Source of the DNA: an uncultured candidate division Zixibacteria bacterium
Lineage (GTDB): Bacteria; Zixibacteria; MSB-5A5; GN15; FEB-12
Direction of reading: 5' to 3'
Assembly: GCA_963806185.1 (NCBI GenBank)
Contig: CAWDXE010000001.1
Coordinates: 192,001 to 256,000, forward strand
Length of the DNA: 64,000 nt
The stretch's first letter is position 1. Each line of letters begins with the position of its first letter. Under the pieces are notes generated by a model. That model was not told where the DNA came from and did no database searches. It saw only the letters and a list, made by a program, of their open reading frames with translations. The translations under genes were made by a program, and so were the position numbers. Shown one piece after another: positions 9,304 through 18,210 of the stretch.

Positions 9304-9714
9304 TTAGTCGCGGACTTTTCTGTACCGCCCGAAGTTGTGCTTGGACAACTGCTTCTTGAACTGGTTCTCCTGCGTGATCCAGAACTGGTGCATCTCGCAG
9401 CTCCCCACCTGGTCGCACGCGCACTTGGCCGACTCGGTGCACAGATTAATATGTACCGGCCCTTCGATGGCCTCGATAACGTCAAGAAACGAAATTTCCT
9501 TCGCCCCACGGGCCAGACGGTACCCACCGGTAACCCCCTGGAAGGAGACGAGTATTCCGGCGCGGGTCAGGTCTTTCAGGATTTTCGCGAGAAATTCGCG
9601 CGGAATCGCTTCCGCCTCGGCAATGGAATTGATGGAGCCGAGCTTCCCCTTCGGCAGGTTCGAGACGTGGCGCACCGCACGGAGTGCGTAGTCAGCTTTG
9701 CGGGATAGTTGCAT
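9304..9714 (-). CDS. Rrf2-family (IscR-like) Fe-S transcriptional regulator
   Basis: MQLSRKADYALRA...FLAKILKDL..AGILVSFQGVTGGYRLAR..EISFLDVIEAIEG; Cys cluster CTESAKCACDQVGSCEMH; divergent from iscA-fdx. Confidence 0.93.
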   Translation of the reverse strand: MQLSRKADYALRAVRHVSNLPKGKLGSINSIAEAEAIPREFLAKILKDLTRAGILVSFQGVTGGYRLARGAKEISFLDVIEAIEGPVHINLCTESAKCACDQVGSCEMHQFWITQENQFKKQLSKHNFGRYRKVRD

Positions 9715-9989
9715 GGTCGTTCTTCCTCAATCGATATATTGCAGGTGCGTATTAAAAATGACTATTGCCGGTCCATGTACACATAGTGGAATTGTATTTC
9801 TTCTTTTCCATAATGCGCGGACATAATACCAAACCGGATGCACTTAGTCCATAAAATTCTTTCGATTTTGCCATTTTTTTGCCCCTTTTCCACCTCCGGA
9901 ACCTCCGCCCCCTCGCCGCTGTTATCGCCAAAGCCGGCAAATCCGGATAATTATACTCAGGCGAAACTTGTCCCCGCCGATTATGTTAT

Positions 9990-10014
9990 AGGATGGACAC
10001 AATTTGTCGAGTAT
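9990..10014. promoter_or_regulatory. Candidate Rrf2/IscR-type operator in the divergent rrf2-iscA interval
   Basis: Minus strand ATACTCGACAAATTGTGTCCATCCT: GAC-N7-GTC dyad core with an ATACTCGAC half-site like the IscR type-1 site. Weaker look-alikes at ~9831-9855 and ~9940-9964. Confidence 0.45.
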
Positions 10015-10062
10015 TTATATTGAGTGAAAATGGTAAGATTTTGTACGATAAGGAGTTGACTG

Positions 10063-10422
10063 ATGACGGAAAATGCCAAATCTACCGCCGCGGAACAGGT
10101 TATCATCCTCACCCCCTCGGCCATCGAAGAAGTTAAGCGTCTTTTGGCCGAAGAAAAGGACCAAAACCTCTTTTTGCGCCTCGGTGTCGCCGCCGGCGGC
10201 TGCTCGGGAATGTCCTACTCGATGGCCTTTGACAATAACCCCTCCGAATTCGATCGCGAATTCGATTTCGACGGGGTCAAGGTCCGGGTCGACCTCAAGG
10301 CCCTTATGTACCTGGCCGGCACCACGATCGACTACAAAGGCGGCATGTTGGGTGGCGGCTTCTCGTTCGGCAATCCCAACGCCAAACGCTCCTGCGGCTG
10401 TGGCTCGTCGTTCACCTGCTAA
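10063..10422 (+). CDS. A-type Fe-S carrier protein (IscA/SufA/ErpA, HesB family)
   Basis: LRLGVAAGGCSGMSY, TIDY, FGNPNAKRSCGCGSSF; AGGAG RBS. Confidence 0.96.
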   Translation: MTENAKSTAAEQVIILTPSAIEEVKRLLAEEKDQNLFLRLGVAAGGCSGMSYSMAFDNNPSEFDREFDFDGVKVRVDLKALMYLAGTTIDYKGGMLGGGFSFGNPNAKRSCGCGSSFTC

Positions 10423-10483
10423 TTAATGCAAATTCGCCGACGTGGGATCAAAATCCCCGTCGGCTCCCTAGGCGATTCGTCTC

Positions 10484-10756
10484 ATGGCCTTTGAAATTGT
10501 TGACCCAAAAGATTTCTTCACGGACGGCATGTTCCGCGAGGCGGAGTTGCTCAACGCCGTTGATCAATTCGATTGGAGTGCCTACTCAGGTAAGATGGTT
10601 CTGGTGCGGGGCTGTTCGACAGTCATGCCACCCTGGGTGTACATGCTTATTACGAGCAAATTGATCCCCTTCGTCAAGTCCATCCGGTACGGCAACGAGC
10701 ACGACCACGTTGTCGTCTATCGCGCGAGCCGGACCGGGGAGGCGAAAAGCTCTTGA
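10484..10756 (+). CDS. Short DUF2480-like protein
   Basis: FDWSAYSGKMVLVRGCS..PPWVYMLITSKLIPFVKSIRYG resembles, from memory, the repeat unit of Bacteroidota DUF2480 proteins. Confidence 0.65.
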   Translation: MAFEIVDPKDFFTDGMFREAELLNAVDQFDWSAYSGKMVLVRGCSTVMPPWVYMLITSKLIPFVKSIRYGNEHDHVVVYRASRTGEAKSS

Positions 10757-10821
10757 GTTTTGAGGGGAACTGTTCTACCTTAGGGACCGTTTTTCCGACG
10801 AAGCCCGACGAGAACAGGATA

Positions 10822-11139
10822 ATGCCGAAGATAAAGTTTTTGCCTGCCGACATCGAAGTTGAAGTCCCCGAGGGAACTAATATTCTCGATGCCGCCCTTG
10901 ATAATAATATCCAGATCGACCACAATTGCGGCGGCAACTGCGCCTGCTCCACCTGCCATGTCATCATCGAGCAAGGGTTCGAATCGCTCGCCCCTCGTTC
11001 GGAGGACGAAATCGACATGCTTGATGAGGCCGAAGGACTTACCGACAAGTCACGCCTCGCCTGCCAGTGCAAAATTAAAGCCGACCTGATTGTACTCATC
11101 CCGGACAAAGAATCGTCCTGGGATGACGACACGTTTTAA
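10822..11139 (+). CDS. fdx: [2Fe-2S] ferredoxin, ISC/adrenodoxin type
   Basis: HNCGGNCACSTCHV ... EDEIDMLDEA ... SRLACQ. Start moved to ATG 10822. Confidence 0.93.
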   Translation: MPKIKFLPADIEVEVPEGTNILDAALDNNIQIDHNCGGNCACSTCHVIIEQGFESLAPRSEDEIDMLDEAEGLTDKSRLACQCKIKADLIVLIPDKESSWDDDTF

Positions 11140-11211
11140 CTCCCACGTTTAACGACGAATCTCCCCACAAGCTGTGGCTCTTGCCCCCATTCCCGTCTGC
11201 TCCCCGCCCCC

Positions 11212-11239
11212 CAAAGCCAATCTCCCTTCCTGCCGATAA
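11212..11239 (+). promoter_or_regulatory. sigma28 (FliA)-like promoter upstream of the pilin cluster
   Basis: Perfect GCCGATAA (11232-11239) with CAAAG at 11212. Followed by inverted repeat TTAACC-N7-GGTTAA (~11244-11262). Confidence 0.45.
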
Positions 11240-11275
11240 TACGTTAACCGGAATCGGGTTAAGGCGCAGGGGATT

Positions 11276-12022
11276 ATGTTACGCATCCGCTCAACAAACG
11301 GGTACTCGCTTATCGAACTCATCGTCGTAATCGTCATTGTCGGCATCCTGGCCGGCGTGACGATGCGCTCGCTTAGATCAGCAAATGATACGTCGCGCAC
11401 CGAAGAGACAAAGGCCGAACTGAACCGGCTCGCCGAGGCGATCGTCGGCACGCCCGATCAATCAGTCGGCGGCGTGCGCACCAGCTATGGGTATATCGGC
11501 GACAACGGTTCATTGCCGCCCAATCTAAGTGCACTCCTCACCAACCCCGGCTACAGCACGTGGAACGGTCCGTACATTCACGACCAGCTTTCCATTGGGG
11601 GAAACGACGAATTCACGCGTGACGCCTGGGGTGTCGCGTACGTCTACAACACCGCCACGGCCACGATCACGTCCACCGGCGGCGGCACGTCAATCTCCCG
11701 CAAGCTTGCGGCGAACCCCACCGATCTCACCATCAATCGGGTCACCGCGACGGTTGTTGATCTGAAAAAACACTGCCCCGGCGCAACCTACCGAGACTCC
11801 GTCAAATTTGTCCTGTCAGTACCAAATGGCAGCGGATCACTGGTCAACCGAATCAAGTACCCGTCGAATGATGGATACGTTCAATTCGATTCCATTCCGA
11901 TCGGCCTGCATGAATTGCGCACCATCTACCTCCCGACCGGCGACACGTTGACCCGCCGAGTCAACGTCGAACCGGGAACCGGCTACCACGCCGAAATCAC
12001 GCTTCCTCGGCAGGTATGGTGA
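11276..12022 (+). CDS. Type IV pilin/GspG-like protein 1 with C-terminal Ig-like domain
   Basis: Class III signal G|YSLIE plus hydrophobic helix; GYIGDNGSLP..TWNGPYI..DAWGVAYVY. Confidence 0.85.
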   Translation: MLRIRSTNGYSLIELIVVIVIVGILAGVTMRSLRSANDTSRTEETKAELNRLAEAIVGTPDQSVGGVRTSYGYIGDNGSLPPNLSALLTNPGYSTWNGPYIHDQLSIGGNDEFTRDAWGVAYVYNTATATITSTGGGTSISRKLAANPTDLTINRVTATVVDLKKHCPGATYRDSVKFVLSVPNGSGSLVNRIKYPSNDGYVQFDSIPIGLHELRTIYLPTGDTLTRRVNVEPGTGYHAEITLPRQVW

Positions 12023-12023
12023 T

Positions 12024-13250
12024 ATGAACAAGTTGCGCACAGCCGCCGGATTCGGACTCATCGAGATCACCATGTTGATCGTTGTGACCGGCATTATCGC
12101 CGGCATCGCCATGCAGTCGATGACGGTGGCGGTGAATGATATCCGTCGCGCCAAGACGGAACGTGAAATGGAATCGCTCTCTCACGCGATCGTCGGCGAT
12201 CCTTCGGTATTGCAGGACGGTCAGCGCGCCGATTTCGGCTATGTCGGCGACGTCGGCGCCTTTCCCGCCAGTCTCAACGCGCTCTACACCAATCCGGGCG
12301 GCCTTCCAACATGGGACGGTCCGTATGTTGACGTTCCGTTTTCTCAGGACACGATTTCCTATCGCCTCGACGAATGGGGTACCGCGTACGCCTTCACAGG
12401 CGGGCTGACCATAACATCATCGGGCGGCGGAAGCACGATCACCAAGAAGATCGCCGACGCATCCTCAGACTACCTCTACAACAAGCTGCAGGGTCAGATC
12501 ACCGACAAGAATGATTCCGTGCCGGGGCCCGTTTACAAGGATTCCATTCGCGTCGTGCTTACCTACCCAAGGGGTGCATCGGGCATTGTCAACACGACCG
12601 TCACGCCCAATGCCTCGGGTGAATTCACTGTCGATTCGCTCCCGGCGGGACGCCGCCTCGTGCGCGTTGTCTACACGCCGACCAATGATACGACTAAACG
12701 GTACGTGGCCATTCAACCGCGCCATCAGAACACCCCGCCGTTAAAAGTCGTATTGCCGGTGATGCTCTACTCCTCCTCCGGAACCACTCAGATTCTCCGT
12801 CCCAATGCCCCGGGGTACGTCGATGACTTGAACAACAGTGGGTGTGGAACCGACTGGCAGTGTGTCGATGACGTCAGTGCCGACGAGAATGTCTCGTACG
12901 TCTGGACTAACGATAACAACTGGAATGATGAAACCTATCAACTCACCAACGCCGTGGGCGGCACCGGCATCATCGACAGCATCGTTGTCTCGATCCGCGT
13001 GGTCGCTGCCGGCAGCGGGAATAACCGGATTGCGCGGACAATCATCCGCACCGACGGTCACTCGTATGACGGATCAAACATCGATCTCGATCCGGTCACG
13101 TCATACACGACGTTCTCGACCACGTACGCGACCAATCCGAGTACCGGCTCGGCCTGGACCTGGACGCAGATGGATGGTCTGGAGGCCGGCGTCGTGCTCA
13201 AAAAAGACAGTCGCTGCACGCAAGTCTATATAACGGTTTATTCGCATTGA
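12024..13250 (+). CDS. Type IV pilin/GspG-like protein 2 with Ig-like domain and extra C-terminal domain
   Basis: G|FGLIE; FGYVGDVGAFP..TWDGPYV..DEWG; ~155-aa extension containing CGTDWQC and NPSTGSAWTW. Confidence 0.85.
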   Translation: MNKLRTAAGFGLIEITMLIVVTGIIAGIAMQSMTVAVNDIRRAKTEREMESLSHAIVGDPSVLQDGQRADFGYVGDVGAFPASLNALYTNPGGLPTWDGPYVDVPFSQDTISYRLDEWGTAYAFTGGLTITSSGGGSTITKKIADASSDYLYNKLQGQITDKNDSVPGPVYKDSIRVVLTYPRGASGIVNTTVTPNASGEFTVDSLPAGRRLVRVVYTPTNDTTKRYVAIQPRHQNTPPLKVVLPVMLYSSSGTTQILRPNAPGYVDDLNNSGCGTDWQCVDDVSADENVSYVWTNDNNWNDETYQLTNAVGGTGIIDSIVVSIRVVAAGSGNNRIARTIIRTDGHSYDGSNIDLDPVTSYTTFSTTYATNPSTGSAWTWTQMDGLEAGVVLKKDSRCTQVYITVYSH

Positions 13251-13260
13251 GGACGCTTGA

Positions 13261-14403
13261 ATGCATCGCCGCATGAACAGACAGCAGGGCTTCACTCTCG
13301 TCGAACTCGTGGTGGCCATCATGATCGCCGCCGTTCTGACGGCTGTGCTTATGCGCTCGGCCGGGCAGGTTTCCGACGCGGCCAATTTCAGTCAGACCGA
13401 AGCGGAACTCGACGCTCTGGCGATCGCCGTGGCGGGCAATCCGTCGCTCGAGAACGGCGGTATGCGGAGCGACTTCGGCTACGTGGGCGATATCGGCGCA
13501 CTCCCGGCCAGTCTGGATAATCTCGTTTCCAATCCGGGCGGGTATGCAACCTGGAAGGGTCCGTACATCTCCAACCGGTTCACGCAAGCCACTGATGATT
13601 ACAGGACCGACTCCTGGGGCGCGGCCTACACCTGGCAGCCCGATTCGGCGCGGATCATTTCTAATGGTTCGGGCAGTCCTCTGACCCGTCAGATTGAGGC
13701 GTCAAAGAGCGACTTGCTTATGAATCAATTCCGCGGCACTGTTCTCGACGCCGACAGAACCGCGCCCGGTCCGATATACAGAGATTCAGTGACCGTTCGC
13801 CTCACGGTGCCCAACGGTACCGGCGGCACCGTCACGAAGACAAGAACACCCGACCTCGGCGGCTCGTTTGTGTTTGATTCACTGCCGATCGGCAACCACT
13901 CCCTTCAAGTCATTTACAAACCGACCGCCGACACCATGACGCGGACTGTTGCAATCGAGCCGGGCACGTCCGAGTATGCCGAGTACAATTTCCACGCCGA
14001 CTACTGGCGGCAATCGTCGGGCGAGGGTCTGGCTATGGTGCCCGAATCGGACACACTCTATACCAGCTGTACCAAGCTCCGTTTCTACATCCGCAACTCC
14101 ACCGGCCGGTCCATCAGCGTATCATCGATACAGCTCTACTATCCCGGCACAACGGCGTATTGGACCGACGCCTTCTGGAACGGCACGCAAGTGGTGAATC
14201 TCGGCACCGGGATCGCCGGCGGCAGCTCCGCTACATTCTCTTCGGCGCAGGCGATTGGCGACGGTCAGAAAGTAAAAATCGAAATTGAACGATTTCGCAC
14301 CGGCCCCAGTTCCGGCGGCTGGGTGGACATAAGCGATGTCGCATTTACGGTTCTATTCTCCGACGGTTCCCGCATACGCTTCACGGGGGATGTATGTCCG
14401 TAA
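13261..14403 (+). CDS. Type IV pilin/GspG-like protein 3 with Ig-like domain and extra C-terminal domain
   Basis: G|FTLVE; FGYVGDIGALP..TWKGPYI..DSWG; ~130-aa extension ending FTVLFSDGS..CP. Confidence 0.87.
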   Translation: MHRRMNRQQGFTLVELVVAIMIAAVLTAVLMRSAGQVSDAANFSQTEAELDALAIAVAGNPSLENGGMRSDFGYVGDIGALPASLDNLVSNPGGYATWKGPYISNRFTQATDDYRTDSWGAAYTWQPDSARIISNGSGSPLTRQIEASKSDLLMNQFRGTVLDADRTAPGPIYRDSVTVRLTVPNGTGGTVTKTRTPDLGGSFVFDSLPIGNHSLQVIYKPTADTMTRTVAIEPGTSEYAEYNFHADYWRQSSGEGLAMVPESDTLYTSCTKLRFYIRNSTGRSISVSSIQLYYPGTTAYWTDAFWNGTQVVNLGTGIAGGSSATFSSAQAIGDGQKVKIEIERFRTGPSSGGWVDISDVAFTVLFSDGSRIRFTGDVCP

Positions 14404-15128
14404 AGATCAAGAGTGAACGCGCTTTCACGCTGATCGAGCTGGTTACGATCATTGTCGTGATCGGCATCATTGCGGCAGTCGCGACGCGTAAGATGTCAGC
14501 CACGCTCGACACCGCACGCTACGAGGCGACTAAGACCGAGCTTGATAATCTCGCGATGGCGGTGGTTGGCGACCCCGACTCGTACGGCGAGGGTGCGCGG
14601 GCGGTCTTTGGGTATGTCGGCGACGTGGGCGGTTTGCCGCCGAATCTCGATGCTCTGGCGACCAATCCGGGCGGGTACACGACCTGGCACGGCCCGTATA
14701 TCGACAAAGGGAACGGTTCCGACTTCAAGAAGGACGCGTGGGGCACAACCTATTCGTATGCCGGCACGACGATCTCGTCGACCGGGTCGGGGAGCAGTAT
14801 TGACAAGGTGTTTGCATCGGCATCGTCAAAACTTCTTCAGAACACGCTGCAGGGATCTGTTATTGATGCGAACGGAAGTTTACCTGGCTCGGTCTACAAA
14901 GATTCGCTTAGGATCAATCTCATCTATCCCAACGGTTCGGGTGGCACGACGACCGCCACGGTGTATCCGAATGTAAAGGGTGAGTTCTCGATTGCCAATC
15001 TGCCGATGGGGAATCGGCAGATGCAGATGATTTACTTACCGAAGACGGACACGATTACGATTCCGGTGACGATCTATCCCGGCCGCACGGCGACGATTGC
15101 CGCGATCTGGCCGGCGGATTTGTGGTGA
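14394..15128 (+). CDS. Type IV pilin/GspG-like protein 4 with C-terminal Ig-like domain
   Basis: A|FTLIE; FGYVGDVGGLP..TWHGPYI..DAWG; overlaps the upstream gene by 10 nt. Confidence 0.87.
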   Translation: MSVKIKSERAFTLIELVTIIVVIGIIAAVATRKMSATLDTARYEATKTELDNLAMAVVGDPDSYGEGARAVFGYVGDVGGLPPNLDALATNPGGYTTWHGPYIDKGNGSDFKKDAWGTTYSYAGTTISSTGSGSSIDKVFASASSKLLQNTLQGSVIDANGSLPGSVYKDSLRINLIYPNGSGGTTTATVYPNVKGEFSIANLPMGNRQMQMIYLPKTDTITIPVTIYPGRTATIAAIWPADLW

Positions 15129-15144
15129 CAGGGCCGCTGAGTAG

Positions 15145-15805
15145 CTCGGGCTTCGACTCCGCTCAGCCCGGCGCTTCGCGCAACCTCGACAAGTACACCG
15201 CGACGTTTTGATTACTCATTGCGAGGAGCCTGAGCGGAGCCGAAGGGGACGAAGCAACCTCAAATCTCAATAGATAGAACAAATGGCCTTGGGCGCACGC
15301 AGCGACCGAAGGTGTCATCGCGAGGCCCGCTTCGGGCTGTGGCGATCTCTCAGTTCTCTTCCGGCTGGCGTACGTCTCGCGCGCCAACACCAACTTTCCG
15401 TGCCCGTGGCGCACGGGACGTACGCCACGCATGGAATGTCATCCCGCTAATCAATGTTGTCCTGGCCTTCCCCAATGTCATCCCCGCCTCCCCAATGTCA
15501 TCCCCGCCGCACAAATGTCATCCCCGCCTTGAGCGGGGATCCAGTCCAGACATCCGCACTCCACACGACCATCTGTGCGCCGTAGACGCCACTTCTCAAG
15601 AGAAGAAAACTGAAAGATTGCCACGACTCGCTACGAAGCGAGTCTCGCAATGATTTCATGGGCGGATTCAATCTGTATGCGCGTATCACGGCGCCCACTC
15701 TTGCCCCTTCTCCCTCCGGGAGAGGGTAGAGGTAAGGGCAAGTGAGGCGAGATTCCCTACTTGTCAGGCTTCTTGATCAATTGGAAGTAGAAGCCTGACC
15801 TACAA
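15145..15805. repeat. REP-like palindrome cluster 5, including 20-bp tandem repeats
   Basis: CTTCGACTCCGCTCAG; 15213-15266 inverted copy of 5453-5506; GTCATCGCGAGG..GTGGCGATCTC; GGCGTACGTC..CGCCA hairpins; AATGTCATCCCCGCC tandem; GTCAGGCTTCT..AGAAGCCTGACCTACA. Confidence 0.85.
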
Positions 15806-15815
15806 GCGATGCTGC

Positions 15816-16271
15816 CTAATTGAATATCAAGCTCTGACTCACAATGACCCAGCCTGTATCCGTGGCTCTGTACGCAACGTCGCTAAACCAGCCGCTCGGT
15901 GGGTACCCCATTCGCATCCAGGCAGAATCGGCAAACAAGTCGATTCGATCGACGATGACGCAAGTGGAACACCGCTTTGGTTCCGTCACGATGGGAATAA
16001 TCACACCATTACGAACAATCTTAATTCGTTCGGACATCCAAACGCCAGAGACGCACAATTTCAGCGTATCTTCTGGCCCAGGAAGTTCGTCTCGAACAAT
16101 TTCCGTCGTTAGAGCTTTCTCAAGCAATTCTGAGATAACAATATCGGCCCTTGATTTTGCGTTGCCAGACGATTGTGTATCATTTTGGCAGCCTCCGTAG
16201 AGAAGGGCGAATAAAAGAAGTACCAATCCTGCCAGCACACGAACATTGTACGCGCAATATCGATTAAGCAT
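15816..16271 (-). CDS. Putative lipoprotein
   Basis: ATG 16271; hydrophobic signal ending LLYGGC; no family recognised. Confidence 0.65.
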   Translation of the reverse strand: MLNRYCAYNVRVLAGLVLLLFALLYGGCQNDTQSSGNAKSRADIVISELLEKALTTEIVRDELPGPEDTLKLCVSGVWMSERIKIVRNGVIIPIVTEPKRCSTCVIVDRIDLFADSAWMRMGYPPSGWFSDVAYRATDTGWVIVSQSLIFN

Positions 16272-16287
16272 ATCCCACTCGCCCCCC

Positions 16288-18210
16288 CTACCTATCCACC
16301 CCCACGCCCAGCTCATACACTCCCCGCCCGTCCTCGTTCGACTTCGGGCCGATCCACTTCGTACCGTTTGTCGCCCACGGCTGATTGTAGGTGTCAGTCC
16401 CGCCACCGTCGATGAAGATCCCCATCACCGGCAACTTCCCTCGCGCACCCGCGATCTCTCCGTTCGCCTTGCCCAGCGTCGCGCCACCCTTCGACGTGTA
16501 CACGTCATCACCGGAGTAATCATGAAAGATGCCAATCCCGTTCGCATTCCCGCCGCCGAGCGACAACGTCGGCGCGTTGTACGTATCATTGCCGGCTCGT
16601 TCGTTGAAGAAGCCGATCGTAAAATCGTGCCCCGCACCTTGCGCCATGTTCATGGTTGCAGTGTAGGTGTCATTGCCGGCGAAATCGTCGAGATACCCGA
16701 CGCCAAAATGCGCCCCTGATCCCTGCACGTACCAAATGCCGTCGTACACATCGTCACCGGCGCCGTCGAGCAGCATGCCGACGGAGAACCAATAGGCACA
16801 CCCCTGCGCAAACAGTCCGGCCGAGTAGCTGTCTTTCCCCTCAATGTCACAGAGAACGCCGAAACCGCCCGCCCAGCTGTGACCGTCGACATAGTCTGCC
16901 CTCTTGCCGAACCCGACCCCCTGCGCCAGCGATGAGTTGTGCTCGGCCGTCTGCGGCGACGGCGAGAAAACCGTGTCATCCTCGGCGACATACTTGTCGT
17001 CACCCGCTGCATTCACCAGAACGCCGCACCCGCGCGAATAGGCGTACCCTTGCGACGTGGTCAGGCAATACAACGAATCGTTACCGGACAGGTCGGACAA
17101 AATACCGAGACCAAAGACGCCCGCCCCCTGGCACAGATTCTTCCCGGTGTAGAGATCATTGCCGCCGCCGTCGAGTAACATGCCCGCGCCCAGCACGCCA
17201 CACCCTTGCGAGGCGTTGAGGCCGATATATTTGTCGTCCCCGGATTTATCAATGAGAATAGAAATACCGAGCACGCCGCCGCCAAAGGCCGGCTGATCCT
17301 CGCTCTTCGCCAGGTATTGATCGTTCCCGGACGCATCGACGATGATCGACACCGGATACTCGTCGGGAAAACCGCCAAATTTGTAGGTGTCGTTCCCGCC
17401 GCCATCGATGATCAAGAGCGGTGCCTCGAGATACTCGTATTGATCGTCACCGGTCGTGCCGACCACGATCAGCCCTCTGCGTGATTTCAGTTCGAGTTTG
17501 ATTTTTGGAAAAGTCGCAAACTCAAGCGAATCGGCGATCCGCTTGGCGACCTCAGCCAAATCCTGCGCGCTGGCCGCCAGCCGATCGTAATCCATCCGTT
17601 CGGCCAAATCCTCGACCATATCATTCAATTCTTGCTTCTCAGTGGTCAGGTAGTCGATCACCTGACTGCGGGTCTTCCCCTTGTTTTCATCGGCCAGCAC
17701 TTTCGGCAACGGGAACGCATCGTCATCGATGACATTCCAGAGCACGTCAATCTTTGCGCGCAATTTGACATACTGGCTCCCCGCCAGAAAATTGTGGCCG
17801 CCGGTCATCGACGCTTTGTTCGCCGTGTCCTTCTTCTGATAGGCTTCCAGAGCATCGCCGATCAAGCCGCGCCGGACGGGATGATCCATCCATCGGGATG
17901 CCGCAGTCGCCAGGCCGGTTAGATTGCCCGCGTTGTCCTTGAGGGAGGCGAAAATCAGGTCGCCATACTTGGGGAGCTTGAGCGGATGTTTGTGGAACAT
18001 CGTGAAGAAGCTGCCACGCCAGCGGTCGCCACCCCACGTCGCCATTTCGTCCTGATCGAAACCGATATCGGCGGCCGTCAGGCCGACCTGGCTCATGGCC
18101 GTATCGAACAGTTCCACCTGTGGGACCGCCATGCGATCGAACATCTCGGTGTTCTGGGCCGAGGCGGAAGATACGAGCAGACAAAGGGCTATGGCGAGCA
18201 CGCGGTACAT
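16288..18210 (-). CDS. Secreted protein with ~13 Gly/Asp-rich hhDxxGxDxY repeats (predicted Ca-binding beta-solenoid)
   Basis: AGGAG then ATG 18210; signal peptide MYRVLAIALCLLVSSASA; repeats IIDGGGNDTY, IVDASGNDQY, LIDKSGDDKY, LLDGGGNDLY, LLDGAGDDVY, FHDYSGDDVY and others. Confidence 0.85.
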   Translation of the reverse strand: MYRVLAIALCLLVSSASAQNTEMFDRMAVPQVELFDTAMSQVGLTAADIGFDQDEMATWGGDRWRGSFFTMFHKHPLKLPKYGDLIFASLKDNAGNLTGLATAASRWMDHPVRRGLIGDALEAYQKKDTANKASMTGGHNFLAGSQYVKLRAKIDVLWNVIDDDAFPLPKVLADENKGKTRSQVIDYLTTEKQELNDMVEDLAERMDYDRLAASAQDLAEVAKRIADSLEFATFPKIKLELKSRRGLIVVGTTGDDQYEYLEAPLLIIDGGGNDTYKFGGFPDEYPVSIIVDASGNDQYLAKSEDQPAFGGGVLGISILIDKSGDDKYIGLNASQGCGVLGAGMLLDGGGNDLYTGKNLCQGAGVFGLGILSDLSGNDSLYCLTTSQGYAYSRGCGVLVNAAGDDKYVAEDDTVFSPSPQTAEHNSSLAQGVGFGKRADYVDGHSWAGGFGVLCDIEGKDSYSAGLFAQGCAYWFSVGMLLDGAGDDVYDGIWYVQGSGAHFGVGYLDDFAGNDTYTATMNMAQGAGHDFTIGFFNERAGNDTYNAPTLSLGGGNANGIGIFHDYSGDDVYTSKGGATLGKANGEIAGARGKLPVMGIFIDGGGTDTYNQPWATNGTKWIGPKSNEDGRGVYELGVGVDR

